DNA of 64,000 nt from Candidatus Bathyarchaeota archaeon (GTDB lineage Archaea > Thermoproteota > Bathyarchaeia > Bathyarchaeales > Bathycorpusculaceae), in assembly GCA_963806535.1 (NCBI GenBank), contig CAWDYC010000007.1:192001-256000 (forward strand), written 5' to 3'. Positions 9,882 to 20,030 of this stretch are shown here, in pieces (within the stretch, counting starts at the first letter, position 1; each line of letters begins with the position of its first letter). The notes beneath the pieces are model-generated. The model saw only the letters and a list, made by a program, of their open reading frames with translations. It ran no database searches and had not been told where the DNA came from. A program made the position numbers and the translations under genes.

Positions 9882-11290
9882 CGTTTGTCTTTGTCGTTTT
9901 TGACTGTTGTTATGATGACTTTGTTAGCGTAGATTTTTGCGTCTTTAAGTATGATTTTGAATCCGCCGGCCATTATTGGCAGTGTTCCTGCTGTTGCAAC
10001 TGGCATCATTGTGCCTGCTGCTTCTTCGTTAACTTGGACTGCTTGTGCTTCTCGTGCTGGTGCTTCTTCTGCTTCCCATCTTGCAACTACTGGGTGATTC
10101 TTAGCTTTCAGGAATGTTTTGAGTTCTTCTACGTTCTTTGCGTCTTCTTCAGTCGCTATTTTGTCAACTAAGTCTTTGGGTATGAAGTCTTTTACTTTTT
10201 CTTTGACTTCTTTAGGTACCCAAACTATGCGGTTCCATCCACCGTCTGCTGCGAAGAATTTCTTGCTTCTCATGTATTCGATGGACATTCCGTGGAATCC
10301 GTCGATTTGTCTTCCGCCTGCTGCTGAGTCTGCGATGGTGCTGAAGGGTAAGCCGTTTACGGCTGCTCCTTTGAAGCTTCTGTTTACTACTGCTAATCCG
10401 TCGACTTCTGGGACATAGAATGTTACTGCTTCGAAGCATCCGCATGAAGTGTGTGGGTGATCAAATGCTGTGTAGAGCCAAACTTGGTTAACTTCGCCCA
10501 TTGTGCGTTTCTTGGCGGCTTCGTTGACGCCTGAGAATTCACCTTTTTCTTCGTTGATCATTTCGCCTCTTGGAATTGCGAAGACTGGACCTTTCGGGTC
10601 GATGCTTGCTGAGGCTTTGCCGTCAAACCAGCTGATTGCACCGCAGTTGCTGTATCTTTGAGGTGTAATGATGCAGACGTGGCTTGGTGCGAATGATTGA
10701 CATAGAGCACAGCCATAGAATGTGTCGACTTCTGAGTCTTTGAGACCTCTGGCTTTTGCGTCGCGTGATTCATATGCTTGCATTGCTTCAGGGGTCATTT
10801 CCTCTAGTTTTGCTGGGTCGGTTATGAAGGTAATTTGTACTTTCTCAATAATTGGCAGTTCACTCTTGAATAAGCGGTAGAGAACTTTGCCGATTGGTTC
10901 AAAACTGTTTAAGCCTTTTTGGAATGATTTTTTGCCTATGCGTATCCAGATGTCATAGCGCTGGTTTAGGTGCATGAAGCCTTCGATGTAGTTTAGGTAG
11001 CCGTGAATACGCCTTTCAATGACACCTTCGAGGCCTTGGTCGAGTTTTGCGCCTGCAGCTTCAACGAGGATGCCGAATGGGTATGCACCGCCTTCTTTTA
11101 GGTCTTTTAGGTCTGGGCCGATGATGGTGATTTTTCCATCTTCGACTTCATTCATGGGTTTTACTTTTGCTAGTTCAAACTTTTGTTTGACTGTGGGTCC
11201 GCCGAGTTCTACTTGCATGTCATTTCTTCGGATACGTTCGCCTTCGAATATTACGCCAACTTCAACAGGTATATCTTTAAACATTGACAT
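9878..11290 (-). CDS. cdhC: ACDS beta subunit (acetyl-CoA synthase)
   Basis: FEGERIR, HLNQRYDIWIR, FYGCALCQSFAPSHVC, PHTSCGCFE. Confidence 0.96.
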   Translation of the reverse strand: MSMFKDIPVEVGVIFEGERIRRNDMQVELGGPTVKQKFELAKVKPMNEVEDGKITIIGPDLKDLKEGGAYPFGILVEAAGAKLDQGLEGVIERRIHGYLNYIEGFMHLNQRYDIWIRIGKKSFQKGLNSFEPIGKVLYRLFKSELPIIEKVQITFITDPAKLEEMTPEAMQAYESRDAKARGLKDSEVDTFYGCALCQSFAPSHVCIITPQRYSNCGAISWFDGKASASIDPKGPVFAIPRGEMINEEKGEFSGVNEAAKKRTMGEVNQVWLYTAFDHPHTSCGCFEAVTFYVPEVDGLAVVNRSFKGAAVNGLPFSTIADSAAGGRQIDGFHGMSIEYMRSKKFFAADGGWNRIVWVPKEVKEKVKDFIPKDLVDKIATEEDAKNVEELKTFLKAKNHPVVARWEAEEAPAREAQAVQVNEEAAGTMMPVATAGTLPIMAGGFKIILKDAKIYANKVIITTVKNDKDKR

Positions 11291-11293
11291 TTT

Positions 11294-11836
11294 TTAATTT
11301 CCTCCATTAAATTTTGAGGTCATTACTTTGAGATTTGCAGCCCATTCTTCAAGGGTTGCATTTGGGAAAGACCAGCTTGCATGAACATGGAACAGGTTGT
11401 CAAGAGTCATGGTTTTGAGGTCTGGTGCAAAATGTTTGAGTCCACAGAGCATCAATGATTCAACATAGTAAGGTAACCCGACAAACATAACTAGGTCTGG
11501 GTGCCCTTTACCGTCTAAGCCTTGCCAGGTTGGATCAACTACTAGGTTGCCAATTTCCATTGCATTCATGAATGCCGCTGGTTGGTATCCGCGTTTTATG
11601 AATTCGCCAACCATGTGGGCTGTTGCTACAACGGGAACTTTGGAAGCGTTAGCGAAGTCAATTAGATATTCGATTAATTGTTTGCCTTCCATGTACCTTT
11701 CAGTCGCGTTGCTTCCCACAATAAGAAGGGGACGTTGGGCTTTTTTGATCATTGCTACTGCTATCTCGGGTTTTTGAATTGGGTTTGCTTTTTTAGTTGA
11801 GGCTATTTCTGCACATTGCCATGGTTCACAGGACAT
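11294..11836 (-). CDS. cdhB: ACDS epsilon subunit
   Basis: MIKKAQRPLLIVG, DPTWQGLDGKG, LKHFAP, HASWSFPN. Lies between cdhA and cdhC. Confidence 0.93.
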   Translation of the reverse strand: MSCEPWQCAEIASTKKANPIQKPEIAVAMIKKAQRPLLIVGSNATERYMEGKQLIEYLIDFANASKVPVVATAHMVGEFIKRGYQPAAFMNAMEIGNLVVDPTWQGLDGKGHPDLVMFVGLPYYVESLMLCGLKHFAPDLKTMTLDNLFHVHASWSFPNATLEEWAANLKVMTSKFNGGN

Positions 11837-14201
11837 AGTTTATCTCTCCATTTACTCCTTCATTTTTCGGACCATTCTTGGAAGCAAGTGTTGGGTCCGG
11901 AATTACTGTTTCTTTCCAGTCGTGTGCTTCAAGTATCTTCGTGAATTCGTCTTTCATGGTCATTGGGACATCAGCCATTGTTCTCACGAATAGATGCAAG
12001 TCATTTGGCATAACTCCTAAGTATCGTTTGCTTAAGTCAACGTAGTGGCTTAGTTTTATGCTGCGTCCTTTCCATGTGTCGTTTGGTCTAATGCAAAGTT
12101 TTGCGATTGCAACCATACATTCCTCTTTGGTTTCAACTGAGTTGAAGAGGTGTTCTGGTGCTGGTCCGACTCTAACTTTGTCGCCTGTACGTGCATCGTA
12201 AACTTCAAAGTCTTCTGGTTTGTCTTCTCTGCCAAGGAGCATACGACGATACTTTACTCCGTGTGGACCGACGAGGACTGGTATCCCTAAGCGCCAGAAT
12301 CCTGCTGCGATTGATGCTGCTTTCTGGGAGTATGCGCCCCAAGCTAAGCCGACTGCACCTAAGCGGTTGTGGATGTAATCTGCGATTTCTTCATAGTTGC
12401 CTCTTAATGGGCGTTTGGCGAAGATGTTTGCTACTTTGATAGCTGCACCTGCAATATGGCTGTTTGAAACACATGAGCCTACGTTTAGGACTCCTCCAGC
12501 TTCGAATCCGCCTGGGAATTCTTCGTAGAGGGTTTTGCCTTCGCTGTTGCGGTAGCTGCCTGCAGACATTGCTGAGCATCCTGACAATGCAACGATGTAC
12601 CGTCTGCTTGCGAATTCTCTGCAAATGTCATAGACGTCTTTGCCGCCTTTTGGATAGTTACTACATCCTACTACTGCTACAATTCCCGGAATTTCTCCAA
12701 GGACGATTGGGCTGCCGACGTTGCGGATTTCGACATCTGAAACTGCGCCTCTGCCCACTCGGCATAGGTTGTCTTCGCAGAGCATGGCTTTTTCGCCTGC
12801 TTTAATGATTAGGCTGTGTATCATGATTTTTTGTGGGCACGCTTCTTCGCATCTTCCGCATCCGATACAGGTCTCATATAGGTCGGTTAATAGGGATAGG
12901 TCACCTTTTGCTGCTGCTTTCATGGCTGCTGGAATAGCGTAGTCTTGCGGACAATTACGTTGACAAGACTTGCATTGAGTGCAGGTCTTTGCAATCTGCT
13001 GAAGTTCTTCTAAACTTGGAAGAACGTTCTTTTTCTTGCGGATTGGAGCGACTTTTTGGGCAACGCGAACTGCGACTTCGCCGACTTTTTCGGCGTCGAG
13101 AATTAGTACGCCTTTGACCTTACCGCTTACGAGGTCAGCAACAATTTCGTCTGCTGGGTCGTTAGTGCGGTTCTTGAAACCCACACAGTTCTTTTCTGAT
13201 GCTGCGATGACTGGTGTGTTAACTTTAGTGGCTTCGTCATAGACATCTGTTCGGATACATTGTTCGTCGAGTACAACTACGTCTGCTAAGCCTGCACGTA
13301 TGAACCTTAACTCCCAGCTTATTGGACCGACTATTTTTGCACGATTATAGTATCGAGTCGTATCAAGAGCAGTACAGCATAAACCCACAATCTCAATTTT
13401 GTCATCGACTTTGTTGTCTTTTGCGTAATCGATGATTCCGACTGAGGGCATAACGTTGTGGCCGATGCACATAATAACGGGTTTGGTTCTGTCAACGCTT
13501 GCGATGCCTAATTTAACGAGTGGCGCTTCCGGGTCTGCTTTTGGAAAGCCTAAGGCGGAGATTTGTGCGATATCACCGACTTCCATGCCTACATGGTCAA
13601 TCATGCCAACGTGAAAAGCTTTTGATTCAAAGTCTAAATTGTTGCTTTCTTGACCGGTGTGTCCTACCGCAAGGATTTGTGTGATTTGTTCTTCGGTATA
13701 AGTTAAAATATCATCTAAGTCGCCGAGTGTTTCAGGCTTTATACCAGTAACAAGACGACTAACCGGGGCTTCAACTTTTACGTTTAATCCGCCGACGTCT
13801 AAGGGGTATCTTCGGCCATATTTTTCAATTAAGGAGTGAAGAAGGTGACGTGAGTGGGCTGTGTGACAGGCTGCTCCAATTGCACAAGCTAACATCACAA
13901 TACGAGATGATTGAGTTGCGATGTCTATACCACATGCACCGCGTTTTCCAGCTGTCAAATCGCATTTTCCAAAAGTGCAAAGACAACAAAGATCACAATC
14001 AGGCATGTAGAAGGGTTTGTACTTGTTGAGAAGCTTCATGTCCCAGTCCCGAAGGGCAGTCATGGAGGGCATTGGTGTTGGACCCATGGGCTCAGTATAG
14101 TTATCGTTAATAACCTTGCCAATGGATAATTCAAAGTTTTTAATTTGACCATTACTGGTCTTCATTTCGTCTATTTTTACATGGACGTTTTTAGTTGTCA
14201 A
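11826..14201 (-). CDS. cdhA: ACDS alpha subunit (CO dehydrogenase); last ~20 codons probably frameshifted
   Basis: CDLCCLCTFGKCDL, GHN, GLCCT, DEQCIR, two CxxCxxC..CP clusters, GCSNYP, GSCVSNSH, WGAYSQKA. An alternative frame near 11880 gives LPRMVRKMKE*. Confidence 0.96.
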   Translation of the reverse strand: MTTKNVHVKIDEMKTSNGQIKNFELSIGKVINDNYTEPMGPTPMPSMTALRDWDMKLLNKYKPFYMPDCDLCCLCTFGKCDLTAGKRGACGIDIATQSSRIVMLACAIGAACHTAHSRHLLHSLIEKYGRRYPLDVGGLNVKVEAPVSRLVTGIKPETLGDLDDILTYTEEQITQILAVGHTGQESNNLDFESKAFHVGMIDHVGMEVGDIAQISALGFPKADPEAPLVKLGIASVDRTKPVIMCIGHNVMPSVGIIDYAKDNKVDDKIEIVGLCCTALDTTRYYNRAKIVGPISWELRFIRAGLADVVVLDEQCIRTDVYDEATKVNTPVIAASEKNCVGFKNRTNDPADEIVADLVSGKVKGVLILDAEKVGEVAVRVAQKVAPIRKKKNVLPSLEELQQIAKTCTQCKSCQRNCPQDYAIPAAMKAAAKGDLSLLTDLYETCIGCGRCEEACPQKIMIHSLIIKAGEKAMLCEDNLCRVGRGAVSDVEIRNVGSPIVLGEIPGIVAVVGCSNYPKGGKDVYDICREFASRRYIVALSGCSAMSAGSYRNSEGKTLYEEFPGGFEAGGVLNVGSCVSNSHIAGAAIKVANIFAKRPLRGNYEEIADYIHNRLGAVGLAWGAYSQKAASIAAGFWRLGIPVLVGPHGVKYRRMLLGREDKPEDFEVYDARTGDKVRVGPAPEHLFNSVETKEECMVAIAKLCIRPNDTWKGRSIKLSHYVDLSKRYLGVMPNDLHLFVRTMADVPMTMKDEFTKILEAHDWKETVIPDPTLASKNGPKNEGVNGEINYVL

Positions 14202-14338
14202 ATTGGAAACCTCTGTAAAGGTTTACGTGTATGCTGCATTACAATCTTTTTAAACCTTTCCAGATTTCTTAGGCAAAAGTCACGGTGTAGATATAGAAAT
14301 GCAATGATTCTTAAAAAATAATGTAAAAAAGGCGTGGA

Positions 14339-15103
14339 CTATAGGTAACCCAAAGTCTTCAGTATTTCCTTCACTGAGAGGTATGCTTTGTTGTCTTTTG
14401 GCAAGTCAATCAAGGATTTCCCGTTAAGTACATAATCATCTAATTGTTCGTCGTCAGCGATTTTTCCTAAGTATTTGAATTTTAAGTCAGTTTCAGCCTG
14501 TTTGCCAAGTTCTGTGGGAAAACGGTAGCCACCGACCAAGTAAAAGTTATCATATTTCATGTCAACTTCTTTAACTATTCTAACAGCACGTTTTACGTGG
14601 TCAAGAGACTTCTTTGAGTGATCAAGAATGTCGAATATGTCACTGACTGTTGAAGTGATACGTCTGTTGAGGTTTTCTAGTCCTGCTGGCGAATCAATGA
14701 GTATGTATTTGTAATTCTTTGTCAACGATTCTAAAGCCCCTTTCAAAGCGGAATTTGGCATACAGTAGCAGCCTTCAACCCATTTTGTTCCGACTGAAAG
14801 GAAATCAAAATTCTTGCTTTCATACAAGCCTTTTTCCCAAATTCTGCTTTCAATTCGCTCCGTTGGGGGAACGCCGACTGTTGTGCCACCCTGCTCAATG
14901 AAGGTGCTTACCAAGAGTTCGGCGATAGTTGATTTTCCAGCCTCTTTCAAGTCTACTCCGATCATTTCAGCAAGATTCTGATCTGGATCAGCATCAACCA
15001 ACAGCAAGGGTGATTGATTGGTTTCGATAAATGCCTTTGCCATTAAGGCTGTGAAACTTGATTTACCTGTTCCACCACGTCCAACTGTTACAAGAGTTTT
15101 CAT
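14339..15103 (-). CDS. cooC: CooC/AcsF-type nickel-insertion ATPase
   Basis: GRGGTGKS, VDADPDQNL, EGCYC, DSPAGLE. Adjacent to cdhA. Confidence 0.88.
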   Translation of the reverse strand: MKTLVTVGRGGTGKSSFTALMAKAFIETNQSPLLLVDADPDQNLAEMIGVDLKEAGKSTIAELLVSTFIEQGGTTVGVPPTERIESRIWEKGLYESKNFDFLSVGTKWVEGCYCMPNSALKGALESLTKNYKYILIDSPAGLENLNRRITSTVSDIFDILDHSKKSLDHVKRAVRIVKEVDMKYDNFYLVGGYRFPTELGKQAETDLKFKYLGKIADDEQLDDYVLNGKSLIDLPKDNKAYLSVKEILKTLGYL

Positions 15104-15122
15104 TTAATAAAACCTCAAAGTC

Positions 15123-15902
15123 TTATGCTGTTTTCTTAATCAAAAGCTCACATATATCATCTATGGTCTTAACTGCTAAGATTTCTTTGTTTTTAAGCGG
15201 GGTTACGCCAAGCATATCAGCCTCGATAACCTTTTGATCGTAAGGTACAAAGGAAAGCAGGGAAAGCCCGTTTTTGTCTGCAAAGCTTTGAATTGCCTCT
15301 TTTTGAGTGTCATTCATCACTCTGTTTCCGATGAGGTAGAGCTGTTTCATTCCAGCCTGTGACGCCAGGTCATGAATATGTTTGGCAATTTCAAGTGATT
15401 TCAAATTGGAATCCGCGACGATGAGTAATGCGTCGACTTGTCTCGCGGTTCCTCTTCCGATGTGTTCTACACCTGCCTCTAAGTCCATAACAACAGCTTC
15501 ATTCCGCTCAACCACAAGGTGCCTTAGCAATGCGCGGATGACCGCGTTTGGGGCACACATGCAGCCTGCCTCCATAGCCTGTACCGTGCCCATAACAATC
15601 AAGTTTACTCCCATCGGAGTGGCTATAGAGTAGTCTCTAACGATGTCATCAACAGTGAAATTCAAATTATAAACACTATTGTAACCTGTGCTTGTTTTAG
15701 ACTCTACTAGAGGCTTATTCTCTGTAATGGGCACTATTTTGCGGGTTTCCTGAGCCGACAACCCCAGAGTCAAACCTAAGTTCGGAGATGAATCAGCGTC
15801 TATCGCGATAGTTTTTAATCCGCGTTCAACAAAACCGCGTGCTAAACCGCCTGCAATCAAGGTTTTGCCAACGCCGCCTTTACCAGAAACTGCTACCTTC
15901 AT
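15123..15902 (-). CDS. cooC: CooC-type nickel-insertion ATPase, second paralog
   Basis: GKGGVGKT, IDADSSPNL, GCMC, DLEAGVEHIGRG. Confidence 0.9.
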   Translation of the reverse strand: MKVAVSGKGGVGKTLIAGGLARGFVERGLKTIAIDADSSPNLGLTLGLSAQETRKIVPITENKPLVESKTSTGYNSVYNLNFTVDDIVRDYSIATPMGVNLIVMGTVQAMEAGCMCAPNAVIRALLRHLVVERNEAVVMDLEAGVEHIGRGTARQVDALLIVADSNLKSLEIAKHIHDLASQAGMKQLYLIGNRVMNDTQKEAIQSFADKNGLSLLSFVPYDQKVIEADMLGVTPLKNKEILAVKTIDDICELLIKKTA

Positions 15903-16066
15903 TCGATTCACGTACTTAAATAAATTTAAGTAAACATTAATTTACGTTTCTTTAAAATTAAAAAATTCAATTCAATTCTATACATAAATTTTTAAGTCTT
16001 TAGCTTTTACTTGATACTGGTCATTACCAAGAGAACTTTTTTCGCCAAAATTAGGAGGTGAATTAT

Positions 16067-16351
16067 TTGTTATATGAAGCAACTCACACTCATCCTGCCA
16101 CTCAATGTCCCCTGTTGAGTTCAGAAGGTAAAGCAATGCTTAAGCAACTATTCAGCGCCGGCAACATCAAAAAATCAGGAATCAATTTAGTTGCAGCCTA
16201 CATGAGCTGCCCAGCAGACACATCAGCTGACCATAAAGGTTTTTTCACGATAGAGGCAGATAACCCGACAACAGTTTCAAAATACTTCGGTCAAATGGCA
16301 GTTGAAGTAAGACCAGTGCAACCCTTAAGCGAAGTAGCAAAAAAATTATAG
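16067..16351 (+). CDS. Small hypothetical protein (H-x-H-x4-C-P motif)
   Basis: AGGAGGTG RBS before the TTG start; THTHPATQCP. Confidence 0.65.
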   Translation: MLYEATHTHPATQCPLLSSEGKAMLKQLFSAGNIKKSGINLVAAYMSCPADTSADHKGFFTIEADNPTTVSKYFGQMAVEVRPVQPLSEVAKKL

Positions 16352-16443
16352 AAACAAAACACATCAAGGATTCTGAACCATAGCTTTCCGAATTCAAGTC
16401 GCATAAGCGCTGATATTCCTACATAATCCCCTATTTTAATCCC

Positions 16444-16773
16444 TTATCCGTATGTAATGCGCTCAAATACTTCTTTTCTTAGAGTATTTACAAGTTCAGG
16501 TGTTAAGGCATCAACGACCGTGTATATTCTGGCGTCAACAATTGAGTACATACGTTTAGTTCCATCCTTTCTGCATCGCACTATTCCAGAATCTTTTAAG
16601 ATTTTCAGGTGACGTGAAACGAGCGGTTGAATAAGATTCAGATGAGGAATTATCTGACAAACGCATTTTTCGCCATCGCGCAGATAAAATATTATTTCTA
16701 ACCTAATTGGATCTGCAAGTGAATGGAAAACCGTGGAAATGAATCTGTTTTGATTGTCTGCTTTGGAAGCCAT
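16444..16773 (-). CDS. ArsR/SmtB family regulator
   Basis: FHSLADPIRLEI, EKCVCQI, VSRHLKILK. Confidence 0.9.
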   Translation of the reverse strand: MASKADNQNRFISTVFHSLADPIRLEIIFYLRDGEKCVCQIIPHLNLIQPLVSRHLKILKDSGIVRCRKDGTKRMYSIVDARIYTVVDALTPELVNTLRKEVFERITYG

Positions 16774-16940
16774 GATTTCCCTAAAATCATAACTATATTT
16801 AAAATTTGCTATTTTTTTAAGTATTAATATGTTAGAGAATCGAATAGTCAACAAATTAGTCGTATATCACAGTAGTAAAGAAAAATGAGTCACTGAAAAT
16901 ATATCAAAATATAAATATAACAATATAGTCTTTTTTCTGC

Positions 16941-18263
16941 ATGAAGAAAGCAAACCGTGCCCTAAAACTTCTCATTATTTTTATTTTGTCATTATCAGCA
17001 TTCTCTGGCATGCTATTATCTCAAGTCTCGATAGTATCTGCTAATTCCTCCGACAATTGGTCAATGTTTCACCATGATCTAGTTCATTCAGGCTATTCAA
17101 CCAGTACATCAACAGCAACCTCTTCCACTTTACTTTGGAACTTTACAACCAACAGTGTAGTTTCGGCGTCTCCAGCAGTTGTTGATGGGCGCGTTTACAT
17201 CGGCTCTGATGGCGGAGTCGCCTACTGCCTTGACGCGTCAACTGGCGCCGAAATATGGAACTATACATCCCAAGCCACAACTAATGCTCATTTCGGGGAA
17301 GGTTCAGCAATAGGCTCTTCAATGGCGGTCGCCGAAGGCAAAGTATACTTCGGATGTTACGACCGAAACGTCTACTGTCTCGATGCTTCCACAGGTAACA
17401 AAATTTGGAATTATACAACAGGAAACACCGTTGAATCCTGTCCATCCATCTCTAACGGTTATGTGTACGTTGGTTCTTGGGACGGAAACGTCTATTGTCT
17501 AGATGCTTTAACAGGAAGCAAGATTTGGAACTACACAACTGGAAGCCAAGTAGAATCGTCCCCATCTATTGTAGACGGCAAAGTCTATGTTGGATCAGTC
17601 GACAGTTATGTTTACTGTTTGGACGCGTCTACTGGCGACAAAATCTGGAGTTACAAAACAGGGAATCTTGTGCAATCTACTCCGGCAGTTGTTGATGGGC
17701 GTGTTTACATTGGCTCCGAAGATATGTACGTCTACTGTCTTGATGCTGCGACTGGAGTACAATTATGGAATTTCTCAGCCTCAGGATGGGTTGACTCATC
17801 CCCAGCAGTAGTCAATGGTTATGTTTATGTCGGATGCGCCGTTGTGGACCCGGCTCAAAATGATCTTCCTTCAAACCTTTACTGCCTTAAAGCGTCGACC
17901 GGTGAGAAAGTTTGGAATTATACTATGAAGGGAGGGGCTAGTTTTTCATCTCCTGCAGTTGCAAACGGCTACGTGTACATGGGTGATTGGGCTCACAATG
18001 TATATTGCCTTGACGCATCAACGGGCGCTGAAGTGTGGACCTTTGAGACCCAAAACCATGTGAATTCTTCTCCTGCTATTGCAGATGGCAACGTCTACGT
18101 GGGGTCTTGGGATCATATTGTTTACGCCTTCGGCAACGCTAAAGAGGAAGTTTCGCCGTCAGGTTCGCTGTCTACAGAAAGCATTTACCTCATAGTTGTA
18201 ATAATCGCTGCCTTATGTGTCATCGTCGGAGCCATTCTATTGTTAAGACAAAGAAAACACTGA
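16941..18263 (+). CDS. Secreted, membrane-anchored PQQ-binding-like beta-propeller protein
   Basis: Signal peptide, WSMFHHD, about 8 repeats of SSPAV.DG.VYxGS.D..VYCLDASTG..IW, C-terminal TM helix plus basic tail. Confidence 0.9.
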   Translation: MKKANRALKLLIIFILSLSAFSGMLLSQVSIVSANSSDNWSMFHHDLVHSGYSTSTSTATSSTLLWNFTTNSVVSASPAVVDGRVYIGSDGGVAYCLDASTGAEIWNYTSQATTNAHFGEGSAIGSSMAVAEGKVYFGCYDRNVYCLDASTGNKIWNYTTGNTVESCPSISNGYVYVGSWDGNVYCLDALTGSKIWNYTTGSQVESSPSIVDGKVYVGSVDSYVYCLDASTGDKIWSYKTGNLVQSTPAVVDGRVYIGSEDMYVYCLDAATGVQLWNFSASGWVDSSPAVVNGYVYVGCAVVDPAQNDLPSNLYCLKASTGEKVWNYTMKGGASFSSPAVANGYVYMGDWAHNVYCLDASTGAEVWTFETQNHVNSSPAIADGNVYVGSWDHIVYAFGNAKEEVSPSGSLSTESIYLIVVIIAALCVIVGAILLLRQRKH

Positions 18264-18358
18264 TTTTCCTAATTTCCTAACGCCAATGTATCTTTTTTAA
18301 GGAATGAATTCCCTATAATTGACGAGCACAATGGTGTTAGCAGCTTGAAAAATATCAA

Positions 18359-18380
18359 TAACAATATTTAAATATTGTTA
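18359..18380. promoter_or_regulatory. Perfect 22-bp palindrome centred on a TATA-like TTTAAA, upstream of a ferredoxin gene
   Basis: TAACAATATTTAAATATTGTTA, about 43 bp before ATG 18423. Confidence 0.55.
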
Positions 18381-18422
18381 ATGTGCTAAATGAATTTAGA
18401 TAACCCCAGTAAGTGACAATTT

Positions 18423-18707
18423 ATGTCTGAAGAAACATATGAAGGAGTTCCTCGAACCAAAATAACTTGGGACCCAAAGATAGACTACGACAAATGTATT
18501 ACTTGTGGAAAATGCGTAGATTTCTGCCACATGGGCACTTACAAATTTGAAGACAAAGATGGCAAAAAAAGAACGGTCGTTAACCCCAATACATGCATCG
18601 TGCTCTGTAGAGGTTGTGAAGACATTTGTCCTGTCGATGCCATCACACATCCCTCAGAAGAGGAAACTCAAAAGATAATTGGCAAATTGCAAAAAGCCAA
18701 AGCTTAA
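18423..18707 (+). CDS. 2x[4Fe-4S] ferredoxin
   Basis: CITCGKCVDFC and CIVLCRGCEDICP. Confidence 0.9.
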   Translation: MSEETYEGVPRTKITWDPKIDYDKCITCGKCVDFCHMGTYKFEDKDGKKRTVVNPNTCIVLCRGCEDICPVDAITHPSEEETQKIIGKLQKAKA

Positions 18708-18738
18708 CCAAGTCGTCAAATACCATCCGTCATCAAAA

Positions 18739-19185
18739 TTAGAGAAGTCCAAAAATGTGGATCAAGGCACCGTTAACTATGGAAATGACCCATATAATGA
18801 AAGTGGGCATCATCCACTTCTTCCATAGTGCACAGGTCATTTTTGAAGGACCTTTCCGTAACCATGCAGTAACTAGAATGATACCTAAAACCTCTGCCGC
18901 TGTCCCCAAAACCACATGAGACCACACAGTTATAGAAGCCGAGAACGAAAGCCCGTCAAATTCATTAACACCTCCCAGAAAAGTTGGAATCATCACTAAG
19001 AAGATAAGAATAGTATGAAGAATTAGCGCAGCTAAAGTTGAGTAGCCATGACGGATAAAATTTTTTTGGCCACTTGGTCCCCTTGACAAGGGAAGACCTA
19101 AAATTAACAGAAACAAAATCGCGATCTGAATAGACAAGCTAACATTGCCCACAGGATCAAGAGCCATAGCTACAATGCTAAACAA
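18739..19185 (-). CDS. Four-TM membrane protein with TM histidines (DUF420/cytochrome-b-like)
   Basis: Hydrophobic helices containing RHG, LHT, SHV and IHI. Confidence 0.6.
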   Translation of the reverse strand: MFSIVAMALDPVGNVSLSIQIAILFLLILGLPLSRGPSGQKNFIRHGYSTLAALILHTILIFLVMIPTFLGGVNEFDGLSFSASITVWSHVVLGTAAEVLGIILVTAWLRKGPSKMTCALWKKWMMPTFIIWVISIVNGALIHIFGLL

Positions 19186-19813
19186 TTAAATGAACCTCCA
19201 ACTCTTCAAACCAAAAAAGAGCGAGCAATTTCAATTAGCAACAGTTCCTGAACTATAAAGGTTATTCCTTAGGCAAGGGCATAAACTTTTTTCCAAATTC
19301 AGCAATTGAAAATAAAGGTCACACCGATAAGCGTGCCATAATTAGGTTGACTCTTTTCTGATTATTTACGTTTTACGCTAAGCTCTGGGTCAGCAAGCGT
19401 TGTGAAGATCCCCAAGCCAAACTATACATTTTCCCAGCAAACGTTTGTCATTGTTTCTCTATCCTAACCGAATGTTTCTTAACAAATTTTTCAAGTCGAC
19501 TAATCGTAATATTACTTATTCTTAGGATCTATTTCGAGGTAATTATATGATAGATAACGTTGAGGCTGTCTGAGTAAGTCATAGGTGTTTCTTGGCTAAT
19601 ATCCCATGATTCCAATTCACAAGAAACGTTTTTTATCACTTCAATTAGATACTCTAATCGTTATGCTTTAACATGCAACTTCACCGGATCAAGTAAAACT
19701 TTGAATTTACGGCTTATGTAACGTTAGGCTCTCTTGCTTAAGGATACCTGTTCAGGGCAAAAATAACAAATACTTGAGCCTTAATTTTTTCACTAGCATT
19801 TGAATTGGTTAGT

Positions 19814-19950
19814 TTGGATAGAAATCAAACCTCCGATGACTTCAGCACTCTATCAATAGATGAAACTTTGAGCCGATTGCAGAGCAATCCAACGATAGGT
19901 TTCATGCAAACAGAAGTAAAACAGAGAATCGAATGATATAGGCAGAATGG
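19814..19950 (+). pseudogene. 5' relic of a P-type ATPase
   Basis: MDRNQTSDDFSTLSIDETLSRLQSNPTIGFMQTEVKQRIE*YRQN resembles the cation-ATPase N-terminal GL...EV..R...YG.N motif. Confidence 0.6.
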
Positions 19951-20030
19951 GCTTCTATCAGACATAGCAAACTTGGCGGTTTTCTTGGCAAGCGACGAAT
20001 CCAACTACATAACAGGTCAATGCATTACAC
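19941..20030 (+). pseudogene. 3' relic of an SDR oxidoreductase
   Basis: GRMG..DIANLAVFLASDESNYITGQCIT, the classic SDR C-terminal signature. Confidence 0.75.

Noticed and set aside
1-11900. Frameshifts in ftr-like, HAD, purD, purF, cdhE and the cdhA end as programmed frameshifting or pathway decay
   Set aside because: They are scattered single-base indels, including a compensating pair, in otherwise well-conserved genes and cluster at one end of the window. Assembly error is the most parsimonious reading; read mapping would confirm.
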